NCBI GenBank assembly: GCA_026770705.1
Contig: JANJGN010000017.1
Location: 86,552,001 to 86,616,000 of the forward strand
Reading direction: 5' to 3'
DNA: 64,000 nucleotides
From: Isurus oxyrinchus
Lineage: Eukaryota
Positions 52,135 to 64,000 of this stretch are shown piece by piece. Below the pieces are notes generated by a model. That model was not told the origin of the DNA. It saw only the letters and a list, made by a program, of their open reading frames with translations, and searched no databases. Made by a program: the position numbers and the translations under genes. Positions within the stretch are counted from its first letter, which is position 1. Every line of letters begins with the position of its first letter.

Positions 52135-53236
52135 CTGAGGATAAGAAACAGAGGCATATACAAATAGAAGGATGGTGACAGAGATAGAATAACACACAGC
52201 ACACAGAGTTGGCATGCATAAGCCGTGTATCTCTTGACCTCCTGTGAATCACTTGTGCTGCCCCCACTTACTTTCTCCAACCCCCTTGCTGTCTCTTTTA
52301 CAGACTGTCTGCCCTGGTTCTCTCTGCTTAGTAATCTCATGTCACTCACAGTTTCTTTCCATCCGCACTCTCCGTTTACCCTACCTCTGTCCTGGTGTTC
52401 TCCCCCAATTACCTGTCACTTCACAAGCTCACCGTATTTGCTCTTTCTCGCCAATCGCACTCTCTCATCTCAGGTGGGCTCTCAAGTCTCATACTGTTCT
52501 CAAGCGCTGCCGACCAACTCAATCTCCCTGCACACGTGCCTTTCTCTCTGAATCTCTTTCGTTCTCCACATCTATTCTCTATTCGGCCATTTACTCTATT
52601 TATTCTGTCTCCCTATCTCTCTCTCTCTCCATCCACCCACTCACAACTCCCTGTTCCAAATTACCAACTCCACATCGAGCTCCTTCTTTCTACCCGATCT
52701 TTCTCTCCAGTCTCTTTCTTTCACCTTAATTGTTTATTTATGCTGCCTATGTCTCACGCCTGAACACGATCCCCCTATCTCCTCGACTTCCACTTCTTCC
52801 TGTCACTCCCGCTATCACTATTGTTATCACTTCCCGTCCCAAAGTGTCATCTTCACTTACTCTGTGCGTTAACTTTCACTTTTCACACTTCTCCACTTAA
52901 ATCCCCATATTCACTCTCCCAGATTCCCAGTTTTAGGTTACCTCACGCCCTCTTCCGATCTCCTCACTTTGCCAGTTTTCCTGATCCGTGCTTCTAACAC
53001 TTCCTTCCCTGCAGTTCCTTATCTCTCCTATTTCTTTATTTATTTCCTTTCCTTTTCTCGTTATTTACACACACACCCCTATTTTTCCACCCTCCGCCGT
53101 TCCCACTGGTCCTTTTCTCTTCCATGATCTTCTCCCAAAATTTCACCCATCGCTATCCCCCCTGCCATTTCCCCTACTTTTGCCATCTGTAAGTGTTCCA
53201 TATCTCTTCTCCCACTCAATCCCCAACTGTCCCTTG

Positions 53237-53271
<35 letters not shown>

Positions 53272-53702
53272 ATCTCTATCCCTCTCCCTTCCTGTCTCCC
53301 TCATCGCCACAGTGTCCCTCCCCTGTGCTTTGTCCCTCCTCTATATGAAACTCAACGATTTGTTTATTCCTTTCTCCAAATTTCTTTCTCTATCCTCACT
53401 TCCTTCCAAAACTGCTCTCTATCGCCTTCCTCCTCTCCAGAAGAAAAAACTTTATTTCACTCCTCTTTGCCTCTTTTCTCCCTTTCTTGATACTGACGCT
53501 CACCTGTCTCTTTCTATGACTTTCTCTCCAGCCTTGTCTCCTACTAATGATGTCCTGAATTCCCTGTGTCTCCACGTTCACACACCCCTTCCTCATTTAG
53601 ATCCTTCTTCCTCCCCCATTACCTCGTTTTGCTGCTTTCCCTCTCCCCGCCTCCCCCATTTGTTTTCCCCAAATAAGCAGTAACTCGCCTGAGCCCCGTT
53701 AC

Positions 53703-53876
53703 CTTTTAAAGAGTCACCATCAGCCAGCTGTGCAAGCATGGGGTTCAGTGTGCTGATATACAGATTGTGGAGGAGAGACATGACAGAGAGCCAAAACAGG
53801 TGGGTGAGGAAGATTTTGGTGAAGATGCAGCTTCTGAAGGAGGGTATCTGTTCCTCGTGCCCTGTTATGTCTCTAG
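53703..53876 (-). CDS. slc43a3: SLC43A3-like coding exon
   Basis: ctacag|...|gtaacg, 174 nt. ARDITGHEEQIPSFRSCIFTKIFLTHLFWLSVMSLLHNLYISTLNPMLAQLADGDSLK vs human ...[36 protein letters not shown]. Confidence 0.92.
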
Positions 53877-54324
53877 CTGTAGGGGAAGAAATCATAGAGT
53901 TTAGCAGAGCGGCTACGGACCAATAACACAATACTGCATCACTTGGAACTTCACCAAAAGAAAATAAAGAACTGATATGGCCTGCAGTAATTCCTCCCAC
54001 GAGCATAACCTCCCTTCAGTGAATAGAAAGGGACAATTCGGCCCACGGTACCCATGCTTTTTCTTTCAAATATTCTATACGATTAGCCCAATTCCCCCCT
54101 TCATTGTTGTACCCCTACACATGCATATTTAACATTTTATTTCCCTTTTAAAAATGTGCCACTGAAACAGTGGTTTCAGGCATCACAATTCAGATCAGAA
54201 GAAATTGCAATGTCAAAAGCTCTTCCAGTAAATTTTCCCTCTTTTTATTGCTTCAGCCTGTACCATCTTGGTAACATTTCTCCTGCCAACGGGAACGACT
54301 GTATTCACTTTACAAGTTTATAGC

Positions 54325-54690
54325 AGGAGGTTAGTGGTAGATAAGTAGTCATGCAAAGGTCCAGGCTAATGATCTGTGGACATGCGAACAATCCCGCGTT
54401 GGTAGCTGGTGGGCTTTTAATGCAATTAATGCACCTGGAATTATAAGCTTGTCTCTGCAAAGGTGATTATGAAGATCTCATCAATTGTTATAAAAACATA
54501 TCTGCTTCATTCAAGCCCTGTCGGTGAGGAAATCTGCATTCTTACGAGGACTGGGCTACACGTGACTCAAGGCCCAGAAAGAGGTGGTTGTTTCTTAAAT
54601 TCCCTCTTAAATTGCCGAGCAAGTCACTCACTTGAAGTGCAACCATGAATGGGCAATAAACGCAGGCTCTTGCCACAGACTTACACAGCC
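54325..54690 (+). mobile_element. tRNA-derived SINE sharing its 3' tail with the second LINE family
   Basis: Degenerate tRNA-like head (agtggtag...). The tail gaatgggcaataaacgcaggc is the reverse complement of gccagcatttattgtccatc at ~5370. Confidence 0.6.
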
Positions 54691-55108
54691 AGTGAAAATC
54701 ATAGGATATAAAGAAACATGAATGTGGGACAGAAAAGAGCCACACAAAAGAAAACAATATGGAAATTATAAATGGAGAGTGTAGGGGATGGAATCGAAAT
54801 GGAGGGAACATAGGAGCATTGGAGAGAGTGATGAAAAAGAGAAGGATAGGGGAAGGCAATGAGAAAAGAGAACGGCATAGAGGCTTAATGGTAAGTGAGA
54901 CATTGATTTGGAATAATGGGCGAGAAGGGGGTGATTTAGGGAAAAGCGTGGGAGAGGTGGAGAGAAAAACGAGGACAGCGAGAAATGAAGGAAGAAAAAA
55001 GGAAAGTGAAAGCGGATGGGGATGGAGTGAGGAGGCAATTGGTGGTGAAGGTTGGAGGGTAGAGCGGATGAAGGAGTGCAGAAGGTGCACGGATGAAGGT
55101 TAACTTAC

Positions 55109-55374
55109 CTTGTGGTTCAATAGGCTGTGGATTCATAGCATCAGTGCCGTCCAACTTCTCCTGTATTTCGCCCCTGTCTGCTTCTCCCTCTTGCATGCTG
55201 TCTTCCATGCTTACTTCCATACGTCCCTGCCTCTCCCCTCTGTCCCCTTCCGGTTCTTCCTCTGTCTCGTTCTCCTCTTTCACCGTCCCATTGCCTCCAA
55301 GATCTGGTCTCCTCTGAATCTCTGTGTCCTCCTGAATGGAGAATGAGCCCGATCTGAACGTCTCACAAGTGATG
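55109..55374 (-). CDS. slc43a3: SLC43A3-like coding exon, acidic central cytoplasmic loop
   Basis: cggcag|...|gtaagt, 266 nt. Its phases (2 in, 1 out) fit both neighbouring exons. Open E/G-rich frame ITCETFRSGSFSIQEDTE...EPQ. Confidence 0.8.
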
Positions 55375-55865
55375 CTGCCGAACAAAGCAAATAAATTCCC
55401 TAATTAAAGAAAGCATCACTGCAGCATTCGGCAGAAAAAAATGAATGATAAGCCGCTGATCTGAGCAGCTAATTTAGCGCAGTGAGCAGCAGGGTGCATC
55501 ATTGGTACAGTAACAAATTGAACAGTCTGGAAGCACAGGCCTGGAGCTGATAATCAGCAACAGGACAAATGGCAGCAACAGGACTAAAGCAGGGGACTTT
55601 CAAATTATAATTCTCAATTGTTTTTTTTTAGTTCCCGCAGAACTCTGCCTGAAAACACTGCCTCCTTCACCGACACAAAGCCTGAAAAAGAATTTATATT
55701 CCAGGCTATAACTCGATCCTGGGAATCTCGCATTCTACATACAAACCCACAAATACCTCGGTTTATAATGAGTATCTCATTCCTGAGTTTCTGGATTCTA
55801 TTTATGTTCCATCGAAACCTGTGGATCGGCTCTCAATCTGCTAATAACGCTTCTCTCCTCCTTAC

Positions 55866-56005
55866 CCATAGTTGTACCCCTCCGGGAGGGTATAAGGAAT
55901 ATGTGCCCGGGGAAGCAGGAAGAAGGTCCGCAGGAGGTGGATGGAGCTGAGTGAGGTGATGAACAGGAACATGGACTTCATTGAGAATTGAACCTCGTAC
56001 AAATC
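55866..56005 (-). CDS. slc43a3: SLC43A3-like coding exon
   Basis: ttccag|...|gtaagg, 140 nt. DLYEVQFSMKSMFLFITSLSSIHLLRTFFLLPRAHIPYTLPEGYNYG vs human ...[22 protein letters not shown]. Confidence 0.93.
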
Positions 56006-56930
56006 CTGGAAAGAGTCGAATGGGGTTCGGAATAAAGGAAGCGTTTTTTGAAAACAGAACATGCTTTACCCAAATCATTCACAATATTCTGCTTGCTTTC
56101 TCCACCTCTCTCCTCCTCCCTCTGCAATCCTTACCCTGCACCAGAGATTCATGGGATGCCTGATTTTTTTCACGCCCATTCTCTTACTCCCTTCGCCTTC
56201 CTTGCACTCCTTCATTGTCTCTACTCTACAATGCATTTGCCTCTCCTCACCGCAAAAAACTTCCTCCAATTCCCGGTTCTCTCTCAATATCCCTTTCCCT
56301 GCGCTGCCTCTCTTTCATATGTCATTTCGCCCCAGTACAGCCTTTTTTCCAACCTCTCGCTCTGTCTTTCTCTCTCTCTCTCGCTCACTCTCTCTGTCTC
56401 TCTTTCTCTCTCCCCACGCCCTGGCCGTCAACCGACTGTAAATAGTTCTCTTTCTCACTGCCTCTCTAAAAGTGCCACCTAATTTCTCTGCCCCCTTTGT
56501 TTCCAACTCCATGTGCTCCATTTTTTCTTCGATGCTCTGCAACCTCAGCGGTGCCTCCACCTTTAAAAACACTGCCACGCTCTGCCTTCCCTCCTATCCC
56601 CAAAAGCAAGAAAGATTGGCTGAAGTTTGCCTTTTTCTAAAGCGATATCCATTTGTTTCAGTAGCCAAAGGCTGACCTTTCACCAAATGCAGTATGCTCG
56701 GTCCCCCAAAAGCTGCTTTACAAGATGTCTTGACTTATCCGCCCACAATCTGCTTTTGTGAGTCATTTATATGTCTGTGGAACTTTACAGCTATTGAATT
56801 TCTATAGCCCAAACAAGGCCTGTTGGCCCATTGTGCCTGTGTCGGCTCTTTCTAAGACCTATCCCATTGGTCCCTCGTTGCCAAAACTTATTTCTTGAAA
56901 TTTATTTTTGAATCCGCTTGCAAGCCTCAC

Positions 56931-57023
56931 CTTAACAAGCTGGTAAACGGCTGATGACGAATCGAGAGCTCCATTGTATACGACGATAATTGTGGAACAG
57001 TTGTTTCCAAATAAGTTTCCAAC
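56931..57023 (-). CDS. slc43a3: SLC43A3-like coding exon
   Basis: ccccag|...|gtgagg, 93 nt, phase 0-0. VGNLFGNNCSTIIVVYNGALDSSSAVYQLVK vs human [31 protein letters not shown]. Confidence 0.93.
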
Positions 57024-57199
57024 CTGGGGAAGAGACCAGAGTGACTTAGTTTTATGGAAAATGGAAGACGTGAGAGAAGGAGATGATTCGGCTTACTGTT
57101 TCTCTGGCGTTCGTCCAATAACTGCATTGGCTAAACCGACTTTGCTGCAAATGCAGCTGTTCGCTCTTCTACTATGCATTCAGATATTTTGTTCTTAAA

Positions 57200-57830
57200 G
57201 TGGCATCAGTTTCGGAAAATATCGCACTTCCGACTAATGTGTTTCACTTCCAACTAAACTTTGGTTGAATTAGCAAAAAAAAAAAGCTGTTGCCTCTAAA
57301 CATTCACTCAATAATTTTAGGTCAGTGCCTCATTGATTTGTTTTACCCATCTGGTATGTTAAGGGAGAAAACTTTATTTATTCTCTTAGATCCCAAATAA
57401 GTGTATGCACCTCAATAAAGTTTTCTCTTTGTTTCCTCTGCTATGAGAAAAATATGCCCCGCTCACCTCATGTTTCTTTGAGCTATTTCTTTTACAGTCC
57501 TGGCAAAATCACCCGCAATCCCTTCTGCACTCTCTACAGTGGAACGACCTTTTTCCATGAGAGTTGTGACCACAACAGTTTAAAGCACTGAAGCTCTGCT
57601 TCAAATAGCAGCACGTCCCTGTTTTTGTTTCAGATTTCCAACTTCCATATTATTTTGCTTTTAGAGTCTTTGTTCTTCTTGTCTGTGCATCCGCTGGTAA
57701 GGTGAAGCAAGTGATATACCCTCCAAAGCATATTAACGACTTTCCCTGTAACATTTAAGGTTGCTTAGACATGGACACTAAGAACCCTCTCCTCCTCCAT
57801 ATTAGTCAATATGCCTCGATTTATCACCTG
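57200..57830 (-). mobile_element. CR1 LINE 3' fragment, with a small Penelope terminus at ~57620-57660
   Basis: cccttctgcactctctacagt and gttgtgaccacaacag are CR1 antisense remnants. Confidence 0.55.
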
Positions 57831-59081
57831 GTTGCCTGTTGGTTTAGTAGGTGTCACCCCTGTGTCTGAGCAGAGCTGTGTTTCAAACTGTCATTCAGGA
57901 CTTGTGGCTGTGGAATGTCATATCATGGCACAGTTCAAAAACCTTTCACTCTGTTCCAAACAAAGTGCGCACAAGTTGTGTGTGTGAATAAGGGAAAGTA
58001 TAACGTATTTTCCATTACATTTTTGCACCTCTCAAACAGCAGCACCACATTGAATTCGCATTGAATTCATTTTTTCCAATACTGTGCCAAATGGCCGACT
58101 ATCTATATCTTTCAGAAGTCGAAATGTATCCTCCTAAAGCATTCTCACTGTCAACCAGTTGGCTTGTTTTAACATTGTTAAATATATTTGACATCTTCCC
58201 TAAAAGTGACCCTAAATCTTTATTTTTAAAATAAAACTGCAAATAACATCGGCCAAGAACGGAACAAGCCGAACTCCATGAGAAACATGTCTCCATGCGA
58301 AAAAGAGCGGCAACAATTAAGCGTTGCTTCCGACCAAAACAAAATAACCTTAGGCATAATTTGAGTCAATTTTTGATTCAATAAAAATAATCAGTTTTAC
58401 TGCCAGCTCTTACAAACACTTGAAGCCACTTGTTCAATCTTGGCGCTGCAGAGATCAGGGAAGGCCCATTTTCACTCTCAGTCAGTTCGTAACTAGTGTA
58501 GCACTAAGCTACACATCAAGAGCCAGAATGACAGAGAATCCAAGCCCAGCCGATGCTGTGAGTACCTGATCAAACTTCTGTTGATGCCGAGCTCCACCTA
58601 AAAAGCAGGAACGGCCAAGGTTCGATTATCGGCTCCTGCTATCTTAGATTGATCTCAAATTTGTTGCATTGAGCCCCCGCACTAAGAGCCAACGCTAAAT
58701 AAAATAAGCCCATCTATGCATGTGCTGTGTTCACCGGGTGTCACAGAAGGTCGGTTACTGAGGACCTACGCACACAGAGCAACAAGAACTCATGTCCAAA
58801 GACTGGTTGGCTGTGTTCACTGCCTCTTACACACGGTGCGTTACTTTGCCCTCAAAGTACCAAAGCAACAACATACAGCATCAAATTGTTGCTTGTGTTG
58901 TGTTTGCCAGATCTCAGACAGAGAGTGGTACTGCACTCCTCATGAGATAAAAAAAAAGTGAGCAGTGTAAACGAAGGCTCAAGTATTGTTCTGGCTATGT
59001 TAGCCTGGCCTCAGGTACGATTTGCCACTGAACGTCACCAAGAGGCAAAGCAGGACAAAGAAAAGCTGTATCACTGGCCTA

Positions 59082-59232
59082 AACAAAAACAGAATTACCT
59101 GGAAAAACTCAGCAGGTCTGGCAGCATCGGCAGAGAAGAAAAGAGTTGATGTTTCGAGTCTTCATGACCCTTCCACAGGTAATTCTGTTTTTGTTTTGGA
59201 TTTCCAGCATCCGCAGTTTTTTGTTTTTATCT
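59082..59232. mobile_element. Short Penelope-terminus insertion with inverted end, ~16-bp TSD, in an slc43a3 intron
   Basis: ctgtatcactggccta at 59066-59081 and 59233-59248. Interior is nearly identical to 29560-29665, followed by an inverted terminus. Confidence 0.85.
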
Positions 59233-59409
59233 CTGTATCACTGGCCTATACGGGTTATCCTTTCATTGAAACATGGCAGGATAGGCTCAGACAGCAGATG
59301 ACGTCATTTGTATATAAAAAAACTTGAGCACATTCTTTCGAAGTTCTGCTCCACTAGATATAATACAGAATACACTCCAATATTACTATTTGATTAAAAA
59401 GTAAACGTC

Positions 59410-59790
59410 CTTTTCCACCACTTCTTTCTTCATCTCAGGTCTTTCCGGATGCTTCACAACCAACGAAGGCATCTTTAAAAATTAGTCATTTAGGTCAAGT
59501 TGGGAATGTAGTCGCCCATCTGCCCACAATTTCCACAAACAATAGAGTGACCAATTGCTGCAGAATCGGTGTCACTGATGTTGTTTCAGTCTTCAATATT
59601 GGTCACTTGACTCTGCGGAGAACTCGTCATCGAATATTCTACGTGAAATTTCACTTCCAATCGATAGTGCAATGGGCCTTTGTTTAACGTCTCAGACAAT
59701 GTAGAATCTCCAGCATTGAACTCCTCCATCACCACTTTCCGCCATTAGTGCAGCGCTGACAATATGCCATGCATTCAATAGTGCGTTGCG
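59410..59790 (-). mobile_element. Deu-domain SINE, antisense
   Basis: gtttaacgtctcagacaatgtagaatctcccagcatt is the reverse complement of the Deu core. Confidence 0.6.
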
Positions 59791-59836
59791 GCCTCAGTAC
59801 ATTTTTTTTGTTCTATCCCCTACCATGGTACATTAC

Positions 59837-59913
59837 ATGGATGTTTGTAATGAAGAGAAGGATTCCTCCAATGGCCATAAGAAAGAGTGCAGGAAACAAA
59901 AGCTTTGAGGAAG
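59837..59913 (-). CDS. slc43a3: SLC43A3-like (equilibrative nucleobase transporter) coding exon, first one visible in the window
   Basis: ttgcag|...|gtaatg, 77 nt. Translates SSKLLFPALFLMAIGGILLFITNIH, matching the remembered human SLC43A3 segment SAVLLFLAMPMLTIGGILFLITNLQ. Confidence 0.88.
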
Positions 59914-60399
59914 CTGCAACATAAGGCAAAAGTGAGTTTGAGAATGCTGAATGAACTTTCATTTATACAGTGACATTCACGACCTCAGCTCACACCAAAA
60001 CATTTAAGGGACAATGTTATTATCTATTTTGACTTGTAATCATTTCTAATAATATAGGATGCACGGCAGTCACTTCTGGCAGGGTAAGATCCCCGCCCCC
60101 TTATCCCCACTCCCCACACCCACCACATTAAAAAAACTGGCATTGTTGTGAAAACTAGTAATTGACTCTGATCTTCAGGTTAATGGTAATTTCACAGGGC
60201 TCAATGCAGAGCATTATTAAAGCACGGCCTTAGCTTTCCCCGCTCTCCCAGGCGAAAATTCTTGTCACAGAGCAATTAACAACACATCATGCTTGGGATC
60301 ATGGTAGGTGATTCGCCATTGAAGTCATTTCCTCTCTTGATAACAGCATACATCTTTTAAAAGTCGACGTGCTTGCTGTGTTATCTGTCTTCATTAAAA

Positions 60400-61260
60400 A
60401 TCTGAAGGTTATTTCTTATTAACTGTTTTTAATGGTTAACTGTGTTTGGTTCTGCTGTGAGTTCGGCATGGTTTACAATTGGAGTGCACATAGTTGATTT
60501 TCGCCTTTTTCAGCTGCGGTGATGCGGATAGTGGTGGGTGAGGCGCGTGGCTATGATATATTTTCCACTGGATGTGTGGTCTGGTGATCATTGTCAGGGG
60601 TGGGGAGAATTATCTATCTGAGTGGCGGGTGGGGTGCGGGGGTGATAGTCCTCGGAAGTGGGTGAATGGTGCACGATGGTTGAAGGTATGGGGTGTTTGA
60701 GCATTTTCATGAGAGGTTAAAGAGTTGAAGCTTGGCGAGGCAGCAAGTGGTTCTGCCTTGTCGATAGTGCATGAGTTTGAGCATTAGCATCAGAGGGGCT
60801 GAGGTGGTTTGCAATGTCGGGAGGGTTGGTAAAGGGGTTAAACTAATCTGGGGTGCGGTGTCAACGTTGTTCGGAGGGGATGAAGTGGTTAGTAGTCGAG
60901 ATGCTACGGGGCACCAGCTTTGTCGGGCAGGGGGTGTTTGTTAAGAGACCAGAGCGCTGCTGGCTAGAAATTGTTTCCTGGGACTGTTGAGAGTGCATGA
61001 GCGTTGTCCATGGCATGCAAGGTGAGCGAGATTTGCATGCTAAATCAGAGGATGAGAGTTGTCCGGCATATAGGGTGTTGTAACATCTCGGTTGAGCAGA
61101 GTGGAGCAATGCCGGGAGCAGAGAGGGCGGGTGGTGGGGTGAGAAGCTCTAGAGTTTATCGGAGGTGCTGGGGGCTGAGCATCGTGAAGTGAGTACAGGC
61201 AGTGCAAAATCAACAATTGTTCCGAGCAAGCTAAGGAGATTGTTGTAGAACAGCAGCAAA
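60400..61260 (-). mobile_element. Old Penelope-like RT remnant
   Basis: The minus strand near 60910-60930 reads PDKAGA, resembling the PLE PADKGGA motif. Heavily decayed. Confidence 0.35.
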
Positions 61261-62199
61261 CTGCCTTTGTACAACGAAACTATGGTTCTACAAGCCTTTC
61301 CTCAGCACTCTCTTCTGCTGCAGCGAATTTTGGGCATGGTATTATAAGGAAAAGGAAAAGTTGACCAATGACCACCTTCGCTGTCGACATACCTGCTTCG
61401 AATCTGTTCCAACGGGAACTTTCCATAACTCAGAGGCCCTGGACCATGCTATTTCAATTACCATGAACTCATTGCTAAGTAAATGACAACTATGCTTGTT
61501 CAGCCACGCTCATCAGATGAATGACGATTCATTTAGGCACATAGATTCTCCAAGGTGACTTGCCAACTTGGGCACGTCATGCTTGTCGTCAATGCGTGCC
61601 ATGTAATGACACCTGCGAGTGTTATGTCAGGATCAGGGGCATTGATGCTGTCACAGGGAAGCAATCGCCGATGGTTGATAGAGGCTGGCAAATGCAGAGT
61701 GATCTCCAAGTGACAAGACACATAGAAGACAATGAGTCTCCAATGCTGGCTCTCCATATCTTCAGTTTTCCGATTTTACTTCCCGGAAACATTCCCGTAG
61801 CCCTGCACATTCTTATTCTTTCTCCTTATTAGACTACTTCTCTCTCGAAGGTCTTGTCTGAATCTGCCTCCTCAACATTCTCAGGCTTTGCATTCAAGAT
61901 CTGAAATGGTTGCTGCATGGATGTATTTCCTCATTTTGACAGTGGTTCTGTTGTCCATAAATGACCTTAAATCTGTGCCCCCTTATTCTCGATCCTTCAA
62001 CCATTGGGAAGAATTTTCCTGTTATTCTCAGCCCATAATGCTAAGAAATCTGTGCGCCTCTATCAAACCTCCATTCTAACTTCTTTTTGGCAAGGAAAAA
62101 AATCTGAGCCTTGAAGTCTATGTAAATTTCACAATGTCCTCATCTTTGGAACCATTTCCATGTTGATTTTCTTTTCATTGTTCAATGCAACTTTGTCCT

Positions 62200-63380
62200 G
62201 GCTGGCTCTGGCTGCATTTTATTCTCCAAAAATTAATCGCCCTTGAGGAGATGGCACTGAGCTGACTTCTTGAACTTCTGAAGTCCATCAGGAACTGGTA
62301 CACCTACAGTGCTGATAGCGTGGGAGATCCTGGGTAATGGCTCAGCGACAGTGAAGGAATGGCTATGTTGCTTGAAGTCAGAATAGTGAGTCGTTTGGTG
62401 GGGAATTTCCAGTTGCTGGTGTTCCCAAGAACTTGCAGTGCCGTTGTCCTTCCAGGTGGCAGGGGCTGCAGGTTTGGAATGTGTTTTCAAAGGAGACTTA
62501 ATGAATGGTCGCATTGCATTTTAGAGATGGTGCACAGTGCTGCAACTGTGCGTTGATGGTGGGGGTAGTGGATGATGGATGAAGTGTCCATCAAAAGGGC
62601 TGCTCTGTCCTCGATGACGACGAACCTTTTGAATGTTGTTGGACCCCTTGTCTTGTTAGCAAGTGGCGATTATCCCATCAGGTTCTTGACTTGTGACGTG
62701 TAGATGGCGAACAGGTATTTGGGAGTTTGGTTTTTGTCATGCACTGCGGTTTTACTCGACTCTGACCTCTCCTTGTAGCCACAGAATTTGCAAGAGTCAA
62801 GTTCAACTCTGGTCAATGGTTACAACCAGATTGTTGATAGTGCGGCATTTAGAGATGTTGCGATCATTGGATTTCAGGGTCAAATATTTGGATTATCTTT
62901 TGATGGAGATAATCCTCACCTGGCACTTCCGTAAAGCGAACATTATTTTATTATGAGCCCAAGCCAAAATGCTTTCCAGGCCTTGCTGCATATTGGTACG
63001 GACGTCTTCAGTTGCTGAGCAATCATGAATAGTGCTGAACATTGTGCAAATACAGTCGATCATCTCCACTCCTGAACTTGTGATCAATGAATTTCCTTAA
63101 TGAAGCAGCTGATAATGTTTCAGCCTGCCACAATATCCTCAGGAAACAATTTAGTGATGTCTGGAACTGAGGCAATTAACCTTCAGCAACTAAAGTTATC
63201 TTCCATTATGCTCAGGGTGCTTCCAACTGTTGGTGTCTTTATGCCCTAATTCCCATTGACTCTAGTTGTGCTTGGTCTCCTTGATGTCACACTTGATCAA
63301 ACACCCCTCGATGCCAAGGCATTCAGTCTCAATTCAACTGTTGCGTGCAGTCCATTGACATATTTGGATTAACTCTATAA
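62200..63380 (-). mobile_element. Second CR1-group LINE family, RT to 3' tail
   Basis: Minus strand gives a LDI...FDQV.HQG-like motif (~63280-63320) and DCICTMFSTI...MQQGLESILAWA (ORF 62893..63087). Confidence 0.75.
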
Positions 63381-64000
63381 AAGGCTTTAATTCTTCTCTC
63401 TCTGTCTCTCTCCCTCTCTCTCTTTCTCTTTAATGTCTTCAGGTATTTCCTAAATATTGTTGCCCAGAGGTGGGGACAATCATGAAATTAATCCGAATTA
63501 GTATTTTATAAAAGCTTAATATAACCTCAAAGCCTCCATTCTCTATGCCCGTTTAATAAAACTAGAATGTCCTCTGCTATATTAAGAGACCTCTGAACAG
63601 GTCCTGCCACCTTCAAGGTATATGCTCAAAAACAGCCACCTCCTGCACGTCTTTGACAACCTCCTTTATATTATTTCATATTGTATCTTCACCTTCCTTC
63701 ACTGAATATGGATCAATTATCCCTTTTCTTTATTGCGTTTCAACTGCCACTTGCCAGTTCATCCCACCACCTGCATATGCTTTATTGAATCAATGCACCC
63801 ATCTCCTCACTGTTCACGTTGCTTTAACAAGTGTTAGTGCTGCTTTCTGGGAAGGGCAAATGGACTGACAGTGTGTACAGGAGAATTCCATGACTTTTCT
63901 TTCTTCCCTCTGAAAAGAAAACATTCCTTAACCTCTGATTTAGTTTCTTGTCATTCAGGCAATTTCGTATTATTGTTGCATCTGTCAATATATTCCCTGA

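Noticed and set aside
52988-53683. 231-aa plus-strand ORF and other long L/S/P/F-rich ORFs (52244, 54542, 56048, 30511)
   Set aside because: They arise from stop-poor pyrimidine-rich tracts or antisense repeats, with no domain features.
61393-61438. Candidate upstream slc43a3 mini-exon (ag...gtatg on the minus strand)
   Set aside because: Its translation is not the hydrophobic segment expected there, so the 5' exons probably lie beyond 64000.

Overview
Eukaryotic, repeat-rich vertebrate DNA. The repeat complement (CR1/L2/RTE LINEs, Deu-domain SINEs, Penelope-like elements) and a GPR139-like receptor point to a cartilaginous fish (shark); this is inference. Most ORFs in the supplied track are noise. 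One probably functional gene is present: an SLC43A3-like transporter on the minus strand. Its last 9 coding exons (59913 to 44254) splice into one open frame; its 5' exons were not found and probably lie beyond the window end. There is also a two-exon GPR139-like GPCR pseudogene (17903 to ~12272, minus) and a decayed Gmr1-type Gypsy LTR retrotransposon (~23529-30510) with integrase upstream of RT. The most notable signal is a set of young, short Penelope-derived insertions. They have inverted termini, 13-16 bp target-site duplications and minimal hammerhead-ribozyme-like motifs that share a non-canonical core (CUGU instead of CUGA). TE boundaries were read by eye and are approximate. I see no prokaryotic system and no CRISPR array.
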